A stretch of DNA of 64,000 nt. Origin: Escherichia phage vB_EcoM_ULIM3. Below the pieces are notes generated by a model. The model was not told the DNA's origin and searched no databases. It was given only the letters and a program-made list of their open reading frames with translations. The position numbers and the translations under genes are program-made. The stretch lies in sequence record OQ850289; one strand, 5' to 3'. Shown in pieces: positions 16,057 to 26,133 of the stretch; the first letter of the stretch is position 1; the number at the start of each line of letters is the position of its first letter.

Positions 16057-16248
16057 TTATTCCTCTGAGTGATACCAAGTATTGCAAGCATTACATGCGT
16101 AAAGCTCTAAATCATTTTTATCTGGTTTATGAAAACAGTTTGCTCCGCAGTGGCAACGAAACGGTTTTCCACCAACTGTCAGGATGAAGGATTGAACCTT
16201 TCCATCAGGAGTTCGTACAGCATTTTTATGCTTATCTTCTTTGTTCAT
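16057..16248 (-). CDS. small zinc-finger protein
   Basis: 63 aa; CHCGANC ... CNACN cysteine pairs. Confidence 0.5.
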   Translation of the reverse strand: MNKEDKHKNAVRTPDGKVQSFILTVGGKPFRCHCGANCFHKPDKNDLELYACNACNTWYHSEE

Positions 16249-16451
16249 TTTCTCTTACCACCAATCTCTACGTCAATCACTTGAACATCACCAGCAACAT
16301 CGAACTTATGAATGATGCTTTCCACAGTGTAAGTCCAACCCTCGATTCGAACCAACTCACCTTCTCGTGGAACTATTGGATTACGTTGAGCTACGGTTGT
16401 AGTGGAGTGAACAACATCATAACAGTAGATATAGTTTACTAGGACTTCCAT
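16245..16451 (-). CDS. hypothetical protein
   Basis: Track ORF 16245-16550 trimmed to the internal ATG (MEVLV) with GGTGAGGTG SD, avoiding overlap with the lipoprotein gene. Confidence 0.4.
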   Translation of the reverse strand: MEVLVNYIYCYDVVHSTTTVAQRNPIVPREGELVRIEGWTYTVESIIHKFDVAGDVQVIDVEIGGKRK

Positions 16452-16461
16452 CTTGAGCACC

Positions 16462-16719
16462 TCACCCAATAACAGTAGTGTGTGATTGACCATTTTTGCC
16501 ATAGCTATAAGATGTTGTTGTTTGAGAGTTTGGACACCTGACAACAACAATGTCTCTGCTTATGGCATCACCATGTAACTTATAGACTCTGCAATCTTGC
16601 ATCTCTGGTGGGAGGCTATAAGAAGCGTTTTTGTCCTCGTAAGAGGGATTACAGCCAGATAGAAAAATTACTCCAAGTGCAACCATTGCTTTCACACAAC
16701 TCTCAACCTTATTGTTCAC
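16462..16719 (-). CDS. putative lipoprotein
   Basis: 85 aa; signal peptide ending in lipobox-like LSGC. Confidence 0.55.
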   Translation of the reverse strand: MNNKVESCVKAMVALGVIFLSGCNPSYEDKNASYSLPPEMQDCRVYKLHGDAISRDIVVVRCPNSQTTTSYSYGKNGQSHTTVIG

Positions 16720-16851
16720 GATAGTCTACCTCTCTGTATGTTTTTAAATAGTGAGTGATGAGTTCTGGTAATTCACTACGTTTAACGTTTGAACGAAGAA
16801 GTGTCCAGTCAAAACCTTTACCAACCCTTCCCCAGAGACTGTACATTTTCT

Positions 16852-17085
16852 TCATAGCAACTCCAGAATATCAATACGTTCACCTTTGAGTACTCCAGTA
16901 CGGTCTTTTGCAATCTTACCTTCAACAATAAGAATGTGTGCAGACCTTAAAGTGTCACTGTTAAAGGCTTTTACGAACTTGCTAGGCATCACTACAATAC
17001 ACATCTCCTGAATCAACTCTGGAGTATAGCAATTGTCGTGAAGTTGCTGAATAACGTCTGCAAGTGTCATTTTTGATGTCTCCAA
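16852..17085 (-). CDS. small protein, paralogue A
   Basis: 77 aa; shares the motif GKIAKDxTGxLKGERxxIxxLL with 17273-17491. Confidence 0.55.
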   Translation of the reverse strand: METSKMTLADVIQQLHDNCYTPELIQEMCIVVMPSKFVKAFNSDTLRSAHILIVEGKIAKDRTGVLKGERIDILELL

Positions 17086-17276
17086 TACTCAATATCAATA
17101 AGTTCTTGTGCAATGCTTTTCAGATTACCTTTCAAGAAAACCTTCTCAGAACCTGAAAGAGATGAATTGTCAATTAACCTGTTCATTCTCTCAAACAACT
17201 TCTGCTTACGATTCTTGATAGTTTCCTTTGAAGCACCTTTCATCATCGCTGCATGGGTTCTTCCACGGTGGCTCAT
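17067..17276 (-). CDS. small basic protein
   Basis: 69 aa ORF between the two paralogues. Confidence 0.45.
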   Translation of the reverse strand: MSHRGRTHAAMMKGASKETIKNRKQKLFERMNRLIDNSSLSGSEKVFLKGNLKSIAQELIDIEYWRHQK

Positions 17277-17491
17277 AGTAAACTCTCAATATTTACACGC
17301 TCACCTTTCAAGTATCCTGTCTTATCTTTTGCGATTTTGCCTCCAGCGATAAAGATATCTACTCTACGTAGAACTTCAGGGTTTACCTTCAAATTCCTAC
17401 AGCTACTGCAAAGAACAATAAACAGCCCTTCAATCTCTTTTTGAGAGTAACCAGCACATTGCAACTGGACTTCAATTTCTGAAAGTGTCAT
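17273..17491 (-). CDS. small protein, paralogue B
   Basis: 72 aa; C-terminal motif shared with 16852-17085. Confidence 0.55.
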   Translation of the reverse strand: MTLSEIEVQLQCAGYSQKEIEGLFIVLCSSCRNLKVNPEVLRRVDIFIAGGKIAKDKTGYLKGERVNIESLL

Positions 17492-17552
17492 GTGACCTCC
17501 TATACAAGATACAGTATAAGGTACTCTTCCATGAGCACCTTGTCAATACTAA

Positions 17553-20252
17553 TTAGTGTACTTCAAGCCAGCTTTTACCAACCTTACCAGTACCTGTAAC
17601 AAGCGTTTCTTTCTTAAGGCCTAAGTTCTTAGAAGCTTGTCCATAATACCAGTCAGTAACTGCTTTCACTTCTGCCGTCATACTTTCTGGGCATTCCCAA
17701 CTCGTCTCATCGTGATATGCGCAGAGTAAGCGAGCACCAATAGCTGGTTGACGACCATTCAACTTCATCAAACCTTCGTCAATCATACGACGACAAGCAA
17801 GGTTAATTGCCTCATTTTGAATCTGAGCCTCTGAACCCATCAAAAGATAGTTCAATAATTTGTGTGGAGATTTACACCACAACCAAGCTCCAGCAACCTT
17901 TACAAAGCCCCCTTTAGAAATTGCAGCAGTCTTACCAAACACCTCTTCAAGAGCCTTTTTAGTTGCTTTGTAGTCAGCTTCCAAGTCATCTAGTAGCTTC
18001 TTAATTTTAGGCAAACGGATAAAGTAAGTCTGTTTAGTCAGCGCACCTTCCTGAGTAGTCGCAGCTTTAATCGTCTTAGCAAACTTCTCATCACCTGCAC
18101 CGAATAGCAGTGCATAGATACCATTCTTAGCTTTCTTACGACCTTTGCTAATCTCATGAAGAAGATTCTCATCCTGAGTAGCTCGACAAGTCAAGATGTC
18201 CTGCTCATCGTTCAAGCTAAAGTAGATACTGTTCAGTGTATGTGCATCAGTCCCTGAATAGACAACGTACAGGTCATTCTCAGAGTCATAGCGAAGGTAC
18301 TTATCAATCTCTGGGTTTAGGTACTCATCAAAATGTTTGCAGTAATAGCGTCCATCTTCTTGACGAATGAACTCAATCTCTTCTTTACCTTGCGTTACCG
18401 CTTTGGTGAAGTCTTTGTCACCCATAAAGTTACAAAGGAGAACTAGCTGGGCTGAGTTCATGTCTACAGAGACAACGTTAGTACCTTCTTCACAAATCCA
18501 CACTGCCCTCATTGGTTCCCCATAGACAGCAGCACCAGATGGTACGTTTACAATACCATATTGTGTCATACGTCCAGTTGAAGTACCAAACACCATTGCA
18601 CCAGCACTAAGGCGACCATCGGGACGAATCTGGTTCAACCAACCTTTTTCATCATCCTTTGAGTTCTCAATAGTTCTGCGTCGGTGCATCAAAGTATAGT
18701 ACTTAGCAATCTTCTGTCCAAGTTCACCTTCAATCGTATCATAAGATGATTCAGTAAGTTTTGGTGAAGTACGGATTAAGCAAGGCTCAAGCAAATCTGT
18801 GTATTTCTTCACAGACCAGTTATGCTCAATGTACTGGACACCTTCATGTTCAACATAACTTAAACCACATCGTTCCACCATTTCCTGCCACTTAGGATGT
18901 TTTGTAATCATCTTTTTATTGTCTTTGAAACGACAAACTTTGACAGGGCGACCGTCTGAGTCTTTCTTGTAGTTCCAGTCATCTGGAATCCAACCAACTG
19001 ATTTCAAGTAGTCTTTAACAACTGCTACCTGAGTCATACGAGAAACTTCAAACTCAATTGGTGTATATGGTGCATCAATCAAACCTGTGTAGCGACTTGA
19101 CTCAAGTTCAAAGTGGTTAACAACGTGGCTGTTATAGTACTTCACAGTTTTGACTGTTTTTACTGGCTTCCAGTCTTTGCACTTCTTACCAATCTTTGCA
19201 TTCAACTCATTGCAAATTGCACGAGCATCCTTCATTGCTACAAAACCTTCCTTGTACTCTTCACCAGTTACAGAGTTGGTTGGTGTATAGCAATTTCTCT
19301 TTTCAATGTTAAAAATCTTCGTAGTTGGCTTACCAAATGGTTTGATTTCGTATGTCTGCATCTCACCATTACGTACCTGCTGACGATACTTTGTCTTAGG
19401 GTACTTGGTAATTCTTTTCAGTCCATCTGCATGACCAAATGTTTCAACATACTCATTCCAAGCTTTTGCAAACTCTTCTCCAGTGACTTTACCTTTGGTC
19501 TTAATAGTTGGAGGTAGATGTGGTTCAACCTCTGAAGCAAGCTCATTAGTCAACTTGTCAAGTTCCTTTACATGGAACTCCATAAGCTCTTTATCAGCTT
19601 TCCAACCATTGATAGCTTGCTGGCTCATCCAGAAAGATGTCTCTTTAGCTCGCATGTAGGTTTCATAAGTGTCTATGCCACACTTCTTAAGCTTGAGATA
19701 CTCGTTATCAAGTGCCCGTTTAGTTTTGGCGTTAATACGGATATCTTCTACAACACGAGTGAAGATTTCTGCATTCCACACACCCCAATGCTCAATCTCT
19801 GGCTTACGAACACCAACACGAGCACCCCATGCAGCCAAGCCATGAGCACCTTTATAACCCTTTGGAGTTGGTCTATCCATCCACTGAACACGAGACTGGA
19901 TAAGAGAATCCTGAAAGAAATTACTCCACGGCTTACACTTTGGATTATCAAAGTTCCATAAATCAGGTGCAATGTGATTAAAAACCCACCAGTCATAACC
20001 GAGACCGTTATGGATGCAAAGACGTTTCGCCTTTAATGCAAACTCAATACCTTCACGCAAACCACCCTTAATGTACTTGGTGTACTTGTGACCGAGGATA
20101 GGCTCATCTGTAAAAACCCATACAGGTGGCTCTTCATCATCAGATTTATAGTCTGCGAAAGCCATTACGTGCACTTTAGTGAACTCAAGGAGTAAACCAT
20201 CAGTTTCTGTATCACCAACTAAATGTAAGTTTTTAAAATCTACGTTTTCCAT
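17553..20252 (-). CDS. DNA polymerase, family A, with 3'-5' exonuclease domain
   Basis: N-terminal exo motif GDTETDG; motif A (VVSVDMNSAQL), motif B (KxxxYALLFGAG), motif C (YHDE); start moved to ATG 20252 (MENV) with GGGAG SD. Confidence 0.85.
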   Translation of the reverse strand: MENVDFKNLHLVGDTETDGLLLEFTKVHVMAFADYKSDDEEPPVWVFTDEPILGHKYTKYIKGGLREGIEFALKAKRLCIHNGLGYDWWVFNHIAPDLWNFDNPKCKPWSNFFQDSLIQSRVQWMDRPTPKGYKGAHGLAAWGARVGVRKPEIEHWGVWNAEIFTRVVEDIRINAKTKRALDNEYLKLKKCGIDTYETYMRAKETSFWMSQQAINGWKADKELMEFHVKELDKLTNELASEVEPHLPPTIKTKGKVTGEEFAKAWNEYVETFGHADGLKRITKYPKTKYRQQVRNGEMQTYEIKPFGKPTTKIFNIEKRNCYTPTNSVTGEEYKEGFVAMKDARAICNELNAKIGKKCKDWKPVKTVKTVKYYNSHVVNHFELESSRYTGLIDAPYTPIEFEVSRMTQVAVVKDYLKSVGWIPDDWNYKKDSDGRPVKVCRFKDNKKMITKHPKWQEMVERCGLSYVEHEGVQYIEHNWSVKKYTDLLEPCLIRTSPKLTESSYDTIEGELGQKIAKYYTLMHRRRTIENSKDDEKGWLNQIRPDGRLSAGAMVFGTSTGRMTQYGIVNVPSGAAVYGEPMRAVWICEEGTNVVSVDMNSAQLVLLCNFMGDKDFTKAVTQGKEEIEFIRQEDGRYYCKHFDEYLNPEIDKYLRYDSENDLYVVYSGTDAHTLNSIYFSLNDEQDILTCRATQDENLLHEISKGRKKAKNGIYALLFGAGDEKFAKTIKAATTQEGALTKQTYFIRLPKIKKLLDDLEADYKATKKALEEVFGKTAAISKGGFVKVAGAWLWCKSPHKLLNYLLMGSEAQIQNEAINLACRRMIDEGLMKLNGRQPAIGARLLCAYHDETSWECPESMTAEVKAVTDWYYGQASKNLGLKKETLVTGTGKVGKSWLEVH

Positions 20253-20424
20253 TTTTACTCCCTCTAAAATCATTAACCTCATACATTACTGCAAAAAATT
20301 ATAAAAAGCAAGTTGACAATGTACTTGACAAGGTGTTAATCTTTGCGAAGTGGGTTTTTACTTAAAAGGTTACTTAACAGTTTAACTATACAGATACTTT
20401 AAAACTCTTAAAAGATTATTTAAT

Positions 20425-20465
20425 AGCTTTTAAAAAGCTTTAAAGTATAACGTATAGAATACGTT
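20425..20465. promoter_or_regulatory. two palindromes in the divergent intergenic region
   Basis: AGCTTTTAAAAAGCT (15 bp) and AACGTAT-AGA-ATACGTT in AT-rich spacer between polymerase and 20510 ORF. Confidence 0.4.
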
Positions 20466-20509
20466 AAGATAAAAGATTAAAACTTAATAGTTACTTAAAA
20501 GAGGCTTAC

Positions 20510-20932
20510 ATGCAGAAAATGTTTGTTCACCCAGACATAGCTGACTTTGTTAGAGCTTTGCAGAAGTTGGAAGAACTTGACATTGCTGCTCAACGGGAAT
20601 ATGCTCACCATCACAGGAGAATGGTTGATATACAACATGAAATAGAGTTGTCTGAAAACTATGAAGATGACTTAAAATGCTCTGTATTTGAGCATATGAA
20701 AGATGTTGCTACAGCTAGACGTAAAGCTAAAGACACAGTTGCTTTACTAGATTCTCTTAAAAAGAGGTTGCAAAGTGGTACAGACCTGTGTAATCTAGCG
20801 TCACTGATTAATGATGTTGAAACTTCTTGGGATAGACATTACTATCCACGTTCTGAAAAGACACTTGACTTTTCTTCATCCGAAAACTTAAAATGTTCTA
20901 GAAAGAAACTTAACCAACTGAGAGAGAAATAA
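20510..20932 (+). CDS. hypothetical protein
   Basis: 140 aa ORF. Confidence 0.55.
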   Translation: MQKMFVHPDIADFVRALQKLEELDIAAQREYAHHHRRMVDIQHEIELSENYEDDLKCSVFEHMKDVATARRKAKDTVALLDSLKKRLQSGTDLCNLASLINDVETSWDRHYYPRSEKTLDFSSSENLKCSRKKLNQLREK

Positions 20933-20933
20933 T

Positions 20934-21746
20934 ATGAATATCAATGTAGAACAAATGCTTGAAGAAAAAGGTATTGACGAAGCATTCTTAATCAATGCCG
21001 TAGAAAGCATGGCTATGATTCTTCGTGGAAACAACTATACAGAACAGTTTATGCCTGCAAGCTATAACCTGCCTAAAGACAAGTCTGATAACGGTGCTTT
21101 TGCAGAACAGGTTAATATGATGCTGTGTGACAAAACACTTGCTTTAGCATCTATTGTTGTAGGTGTTGATGCTCTTGCAGAGTTCATTTTTTATGAGATG
21201 CAGAAAAATGACTATATCGCCATGACCTCTGAAGAAAAAGACTCGCTACTGCTCTTAGGTTATGATGAGCTAGTTAACCTATTAATTTCGTCAACGAGTG
21301 CTGTTATGGCTGCTCTTGAGAAGCGCATGGAAGAGAAGCTGTCACGATATGGAAAACTTGATTGGGGTGTAGAGGAATTAAACCCACGAATCAAAGAGAT
21401 TATCCAGCAAACCAAAGATTCTTTGGAAGAAGCTGTAAAAAATGATTCTGTAGCTGACATAGAGCCACTTCAGGTGAAAGTTGCATTGATGATTCCAGCC
21501 ATCTCCACGATGATGAATATCGTTGCACTAATCCAGCTTTCACAGATGATGGGCACAAGCATTGAGTTCATTGAGAGTATGACTGGTGGTGTGAGTATGC
21601 AAGCAATCAATGATGTTCTGGTGAGCATTGGTGCTTCAATCATTGAAGAGAAGCTGCGCATTAACTTTGGTGATGATTTTGTGAAGCAAATCTCAGCTAT
21701 GGCTGAAAAAGAGTATTCACAGACTAATACTGACCAACTGCACTAA
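20934..21746 (+). CDS. hypothetical protein
   Basis: 270 aa ORF followed by terminator. Confidence 0.55.
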   Translation: MNINVEQMLEEKGIDEAFLINAVESMAMILRGNNYTEQFMPASYNLPKDKSDNGAFAEQVNMMLCDKTLALASIVVGVDALAEFIFYEMQKNDYIAMTSEEKDSLLLLGYDELVNLLISSTSAVMAALEKRMEEKLSRYGKLDWGVEELNPRIKEIIQQTKDSLEEAVKNDSVADIEPLQVKVALMIPAISTMMNIVALIQLSQMMGTSIEFIESMTGGVSMQAINDVLVSIGASIIEEKLRINFGDDFVKQISAMAEKEYSQTNTDQLH

Positions 21747-21764
21747 GTCTTTATAAACCTTACA

Positions 21765-21789
21765 AGCCTCCTTAGTTGGGGGCTTTTTA
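21765..21789 (+). terminator. intrinsic terminator
   Basis: AGCCTCC-loop-GGGGGCT followed by TTTTT. Confidence 0.6.
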
Positions 21790-21807
21790 GTAATTAAGGG
21801 AGATAGA

Positions 21808-22551
21808 ATGAGTAATATTATCGCATTTACTGGAAAGGCACGTTCTGGAAAAGACACCTCATGTTCTATTGTTAAGAATATCCTAGAAGATGAGTATGGC
21901 TACAATGTTGCAGTAATGGCCTATGCAGACAACCTTAAACTCTCTGCATCAAGGATATTTGACTTGACTTGGAATGACCTGTACGGTGAAACTAAAGAGA
22001 CTCCACAGGTTTTTGATTTATCATACTCTGAACTGATGTTCAAGGTCACAGAAGCTATGGAGTTTACCTTCAGAGGCGAACGTTATCATACGGACTTCAA
22101 ACTCATGTCAGAGTTAACCGGACGATTAATTATGGAACTAAAGAAGGTTGCTAAACCGACTCTATTAACACGTCTGGGATTTAGTAAAAAGTATAAATTT
22201 TCATCAAGACAGATTCAACAGATTTGGGGTACTGAAGTTATCCGTAAAGTTATGGGTGACAAATTCTGGGCTAAAGACCTCGAAAAACGAATGGTAAATT
22301 TCTTTGACGTTTGCTCACTTAAGAATCAGGACGGTGTTGTTTTAATCAGTGACTTAAGGTTTGACTCTGAAGCTGAGTGGCTGAGCAGATTTGCACACCA
22401 AACTATTGAAGTAAAAAGAGACAATGTGGATAAGGTTTCGTCACATGTTTCAGAAAATGGGATTTCTACCAAATATGCGCGTGACATTATTCATAATAAT
22501 GGTACTCTTGCAGACCTTGAAAGCAAGTTAAGAGCTATCCTGAAAATTTAA
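21808..22551 (+). CDS. putative deoxynucleoside monophosphate kinase
   Basis: 247 aa; N-terminal P-loop IIAFTGKARSGKDT closely resembles T4 gp1 (LSGVKRSGKDT). Confidence 0.65.
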   Translation: MSNIIAFTGKARSGKDTSCSIVKNILEDEYGYNVAVMAYADNLKLSASRIFDLTWNDLYGETKETPQVFDLSYSELMFKVTEAMEFTFRGERYHTDFKLMSELTGRLIMELKKVAKPTLLTRLGFSKKYKFSSRQIQQIWGTEVIRKVMGDKFWAKDLEKRMVNFFDVCSLKNQDGVVLISDLRFDSEAEWLSRFAHQTIEVKRDNVDKVSSHVSENGISTKYARDIIHNNGTLADLESKLRAILKI

Positions 22552-22559
22552 AAGAGAGA

Positions 22560-22760
22560 ATGAAGATGAGAGTAAAAGATAATTTTAAAGTTATTGACCA
22601 TCGTTTAGTGGAACTCTCATCTCTTTCCAATGAGGTAATGATTGAACGTCTTAAGAGAGTTGAATCACGAAGGAAAGAGATTGCAGATGAGATTCATGAA
22701 CTGGACAAGATTGAAAATGGATTGAAGGCAGAACTACAACGAAGAGGTGCTAATGTCTAA
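22560..22760 (+). CDS. hypothetical protein
   Basis: 66 aa ORF, coiled-coil-like. Confidence 0.4.
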   Translation: MKMRVKDNFKVIDHRLVELSSLSNEVMIERLKRVESRRKEIADEIHELDKIENGLKAELQRRGANV

Positions 22761-24738
22761 AGGTCGTAAATTGAAAGAGGCTGGTCAGTTTGTTGGTCAT
22801 TGTGCATGTCCACGTTGTGGTTCATCAGATGCTGGTTCAATCTACCATCACGACGATGATTCTTATTCAATGACTTGCTTTAGTTGTAATAAAGGTTTCC
22901 CAGAGTGGGATTTTGATAAAGGACAAATTGTGAGCACTTATTCTACTGGTTCAGATAATAAAAACCGTACTTTCCGTGGGATGGATTTAGACGATGTAAA
23001 AGAAAACCTTGAAGCAATGGACTTGAAAGACAGGAAGATTCCTGCAAAAGTTCTTGAACGCTTAGGTATCAAGGTTGACATTGACAGTGATGGTGAAATT
23101 GATGCACATTTCTATCCGACTTACAAACGTAATGAAGATGGCAAACTAGAACATGTTGGCTACCGTGTTCGTCACCGTTACCCAGAGGACCATCCAAAAG
23201 AACACCTACGTGGTAAGCTAAAAGACTTTTCAGGTGGTGTTGGAGACATTAAAGGTGAACTGGCAATGTTCGGTTCATGGATTGCTCCAGAAGGTGGCAA
23301 CCGTCTATTCATCTGGGAAGGTGAGATGGAATGTGCTACGGCAATCTACATGACTTCTCTGGCAATTAAAGATAAGTCTCGTCGTAAGAACTACTGTCAC
23401 GTATCTGTTCCATCAGGTGCAAACATTAAGTCTATCAAAGACAACTATCAGTACATTACATCATTTGATGAGATTTACTTGTGCTTTGATAACGATGAAG
23501 CAGGTGCTAAAGCAACAAAAGAGGCTGCTGGCATCCTACCTATTGAGAAGGTTCGTTTATTCCAGTATCCAGAAGGTGTAAAAGACCTTAATGAATGGTG
23601 GACAAAGTTCTATAAAGAGAAAGATACAGTTCTGGAAGGGTTTAAGCAGCGTATCTACAATGCACCTCGTTACTGCCCTGCTGGTATCAAGAACTTTGCA
23701 GACGGTTTTGAGGCAATGAAGAATCGTGGTCAGATTCCATTGATTCCTTTTCCAGAATCTTTCGGAGACTTGAACAGGCTAACTTACGGTGGTTACGGTT
23801 TAGGTGAGATTACGACTATTGCAGCACCATCTTCAGTAGGTAAGTCAGCTTACACTCGTGAGATGATTTATTCAGCTTGGAAAGAAACTGATTATAATAT
23901 CGGTGTAATTCCTGTAGAAGATACCTATGAAGAGTTGATGGAAATGCTCTGTGCAATCCACCTGAGCAAACAGATTTCTGAGATTCCTTATGATGAACGG
24001 GATTGGGATGAATTAAAGGGAGCACACGCAGAGCTTTCAAAAGGTCGTCGCATCCATATCGTTGACCATCAAGGGGCGATTGACCAAGATAACCTGCTGG
24101 AGTTTGTTGACTATCTTGTTAACAGTTTAGACTGTAAGATTATTATTCTTGACCCTATTACATTGGCTCTGTCACGTTCTGATACGGATGAAGAGGAAGT
24201 CTTGTCTGAACTATTGCGTCGTTGCAAACGCTACCAGTATGCACAGGTAAACGTTTGTCACGTTCGTAAGAGTGCAGGTGGTCAGAAAGCTAACTCTGAA
24301 GGTGGAGATATCTCTGAAGAGGATATTAAGGGTTCTGGTGCGTATTTCCAGATTTCCATGAACAACATTCTGTTAATGCGTAACAAGGTTGACCCAGACC
24401 CTGTTAAGAAAAACTTGACAAAAATCAAGTTAACTAAGTGTCGTCGTCATGGTAAGTCAACAGGTATTGCTGGTCATACTTGGTACAATCCAGACACAGG
24501 ACGTCTTATCAAAGCTTCTGGATGTGGTGTTGACATTGATGGTGCAGCAGAAAATATTCGTCAACAGTTTGGTATTGGTGAAGCTGAAGACCATTATGAC
24601 GACTCTTTACCTCATTATGAGGATGAAGTGTTTGACCGTGAGACTGGTGAAGTCTATACTGAAGAACAGCGTCAAAGCTCAACGATTCCACCTGTATTAA
24701 GTGAGGATGCAGATGACTGCCCGTTTGAAACTGAGTGA
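22747..24738 (+). CDS. DNA primase-helicase
   Basis: 663 aa; N-terminal zinc ribbon CPRCGSSD..CFSCN, TOPRIM-like LCFDNDEAG, Walker A APSSVGKS. Confidence 0.8.
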   Translation: MLMSKGRKLKEAGQFVGHCACPRCGSSDAGSIYHHDDDSYSMTCFSCNKGFPEWDFDKGQIVSTYSTGSDNKNRTFRGMDLDDVKENLEAMDLKDRKIPAKVLERLGIKVDIDSDGEIDAHFYPTYKRNEDGKLEHVGYRVRHRYPEDHPKEHLRGKLKDFSGGVGDIKGELAMFGSWIAPEGGNRLFIWEGEMECATAIYMTSLAIKDKSRRKNYCHVSVPSGANIKSIKDNYQYITSFDEIYLCFDNDEAGAKATKEAAGILPIEKVRLFQYPEGVKDLNEWWTKFYKEKDTVLEGFKQRIYNAPRYCPAGIKNFADGFEAMKNRGQIPLIPFPESFGDLNRLTYGGYGLGEITTIAAPSSVGKSAYTREMIYSAWKETDYNIGVIPVEDTYEELMEMLCAIHLSKQISEIPYDERDWDELKGAHAELSKGRRIHIVDHQGAIDQDNLLEFVDYLVNSLDCKIIILDPITLALSRSDTDEEEVLSELLRRCKRYQYAQVNVCHVRKSAGGQKANSEGGDISEEDIKGSGAYFQISMNNILLMRNKVDPDPVKKNLTKIKLTKCRRHGKSTGIAGHTWYNPDTGRLIKASGCGVDIDGAAENIRQQFGIGEAEDHYDDSLPHYEDEVFDRETGEVYTEEQRQSSTIPPVLSEDADDCPFETE

Positions 24739-24994
24739 TAGTTACAAAAGAGAGGGGTTCATACCCTTCTTTGAAGAAAAAAGTTTAAATGAATTTCAGG
24801 AAGAGTGTTTGACAAAGGTTGATAGGTTCTATAGAATGCTCTACATGAAATGTGATGGAGGCGTTGAGGTAGAAGAAAAGTTCCATCACAGTATGATAAC
24901 AGTCACTATTACTATACCTCGACATAATATTGGTTGGCTGTTTATAATTAAAGAAAATGTGTTTGAATATCAAGTATATCGGAGAATATCATGA
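24701..24994 (+). CDS. hypothetical protein
   Basis: 97 aa ORF overlapping the 3' end of the helicase gene; weak. Confidence 0.3.
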   Translation: MRMQMTARLKLSDSYKREGFIPFFEEKSLNEFQEECLTKVDRFYRMLYMKCDGGVEVEEKFHHSMITVTITIPRHNIGWLFIIKENVFEYQVYRRIS

Positions 24995-25140
24995 AACACT
25001 CTAAAGCATTTGAACAAGTTTTTGGGGATTCCTTAAAAGCCACTGCTGGTAAACCAGCAAAATACTATGAAGAGAAGCGTGTAAGAACTGGAAAAACTGC
25101 ACGTAAAGCAGCTTCTAAAGATAAGCACAACTTCCAGTAA
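24991..25140 (+). CDS. small basic hypothetical protein
   Basis: 49 aa ORF not in track; GGAG SD 7 nt upstream of ATG; lysine-rich. Confidence 0.3.
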   Translation: MKHSKAFEQVFGDSLKATAGKPAKYYEEKRVRTGKTARKAASKDKHNFQ

Positions 25141-25146
25141 TTAATG

Positions 25147-25175
25147 TTTGACAATAGAGTATCAACAAATTAGAA
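25147..25175 (+). promoter_or_regulatory. sigma70-type promoter upstream of SSB-like gene
   Basis: TTGACA - 17 nt - TAGAAT. Confidence 0.55.
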
Positions 25176-25212
25176 TTGGTACTCTTCATAAATTGAGATA
25201 GAGGTTTAAATA

Positions 25213-26070
25213 ATGTCTAAAGTTGTTAAAATGAAAGCTCCGGTAGAGAAGTACAACGGCACTGAACGTCAAACTCTGCGTTACCTTCTGAAAGATGTCT
25301 GGTTTTATTACCTGAACACTTCACCACGTCCGGGAAAAGGTAAATCTATTGATAAGAAATTCCCAGGCAAAGACTGTAACTACAGCGTATCAATTCTGGC
25401 AGAAGACGGTAACAAACTTTTTAAAGAGTTTACTAAGTCTAAGAAAAATCCAGAAGGCTGGGATAAAGTTACTACTGAAGCAGTTGATGCAGATGACTTC
25501 GAAGAGAAGTTTGGTTGTAAACCACCTTTTGAAGCAGACACTTACTACATCTTGAAAGTAAGTCGTGCAGCAGCTTATAAAGATGGTGCTGTATGGACAG
25601 CTAAACAGTCATTCCCTGTAATGCTGATTGAAGAAGTAAATGGTAAGCGTGTAGCTGTTAAACAGCCGATGAAGAAAATCAAAGCTCAAGCATCTGATAA
25701 ACATGAAGATGACAAGAACTATGATGTAATTCATCCAGATATTGCAGTTGGTAACGGTTCTTTCGGTAGTGTGATTCTCTCTACTCACTTCTACACTTTT
25801 GAGAACAATGTTCTGACAAAACCTATTCAGGAACAGTTTATCATTGATACTCTTGTACCTTACACTGGTGGTAACGGTGCTAATGGTGAACCTGAACTGG
25901 ATGAAGATGAACTGGCTATGCTTGGCCTTGACGGTGTTGAAGATAACGGTGAAATCACTGAAGAAGACGCAACAGACCACAAACCTTCGAATAATTCTGA
26001 TGATGGTGACGATGAAGACTTGCCAGACCCAGATGACGAAGAAGATGAAGACTTCGATACAGAAGACTAA
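25213..26070 (+). CDS. putative single-stranded DNA-binding protein
   Basis: 285 aa; highly acidic C-terminal tail (DDGDDEDLPDPDDEEDEDFDTED); located between helicase and exonuclease. Confidence 0.5.
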   Translation: MSKVVKMKAPVEKYNGTERQTLRYLLKDVWFYYLNTSPRPGKGKSIDKKFPGKDCNYSVSILAEDGNKLFKEFTKSKKNPEGWDKVTTEAVDADDFEEKFGCKPPFEADTYYILKVSRAAAYKDGAVWTAKQSFPVMLIEEVNGKRVAVKQPMKKIKAQASDKHEDDKNYDVIHPDIAVGNGSFGSVILSTHFYTFENNVLTKPIQEQFIIDTLVPYTGGNGANGEPELDEDELAMLGLDGVEDNGEITEEDATDHKPSNNSDDGDDEDLPDPDDEEDEDFDTED

Positions 26071-26089
26071 TCTCTAAAAAGTTACTTTA

Positions 26090-26117
26090 AAGCCCTGTAC
26101 TTAGTATGGGGCTTTTT
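26090..26117 (+). terminator. intrinsic terminator
   Basis: AGCCC-loop-GGGCT hairpin followed by TTTTT. Confidence 0.5.
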
Positions 26118-26133
26118 CATATGGAGAGCCATA

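Noticed and set aside
19113-19996. ORFs 19113-19517 (+), 19572-19961 (+), 19748-19996 (-) inside the DNA polymerase gene
   Set aside because: Embedded in or antisense to a motif-supported 900 aa polymerase gene
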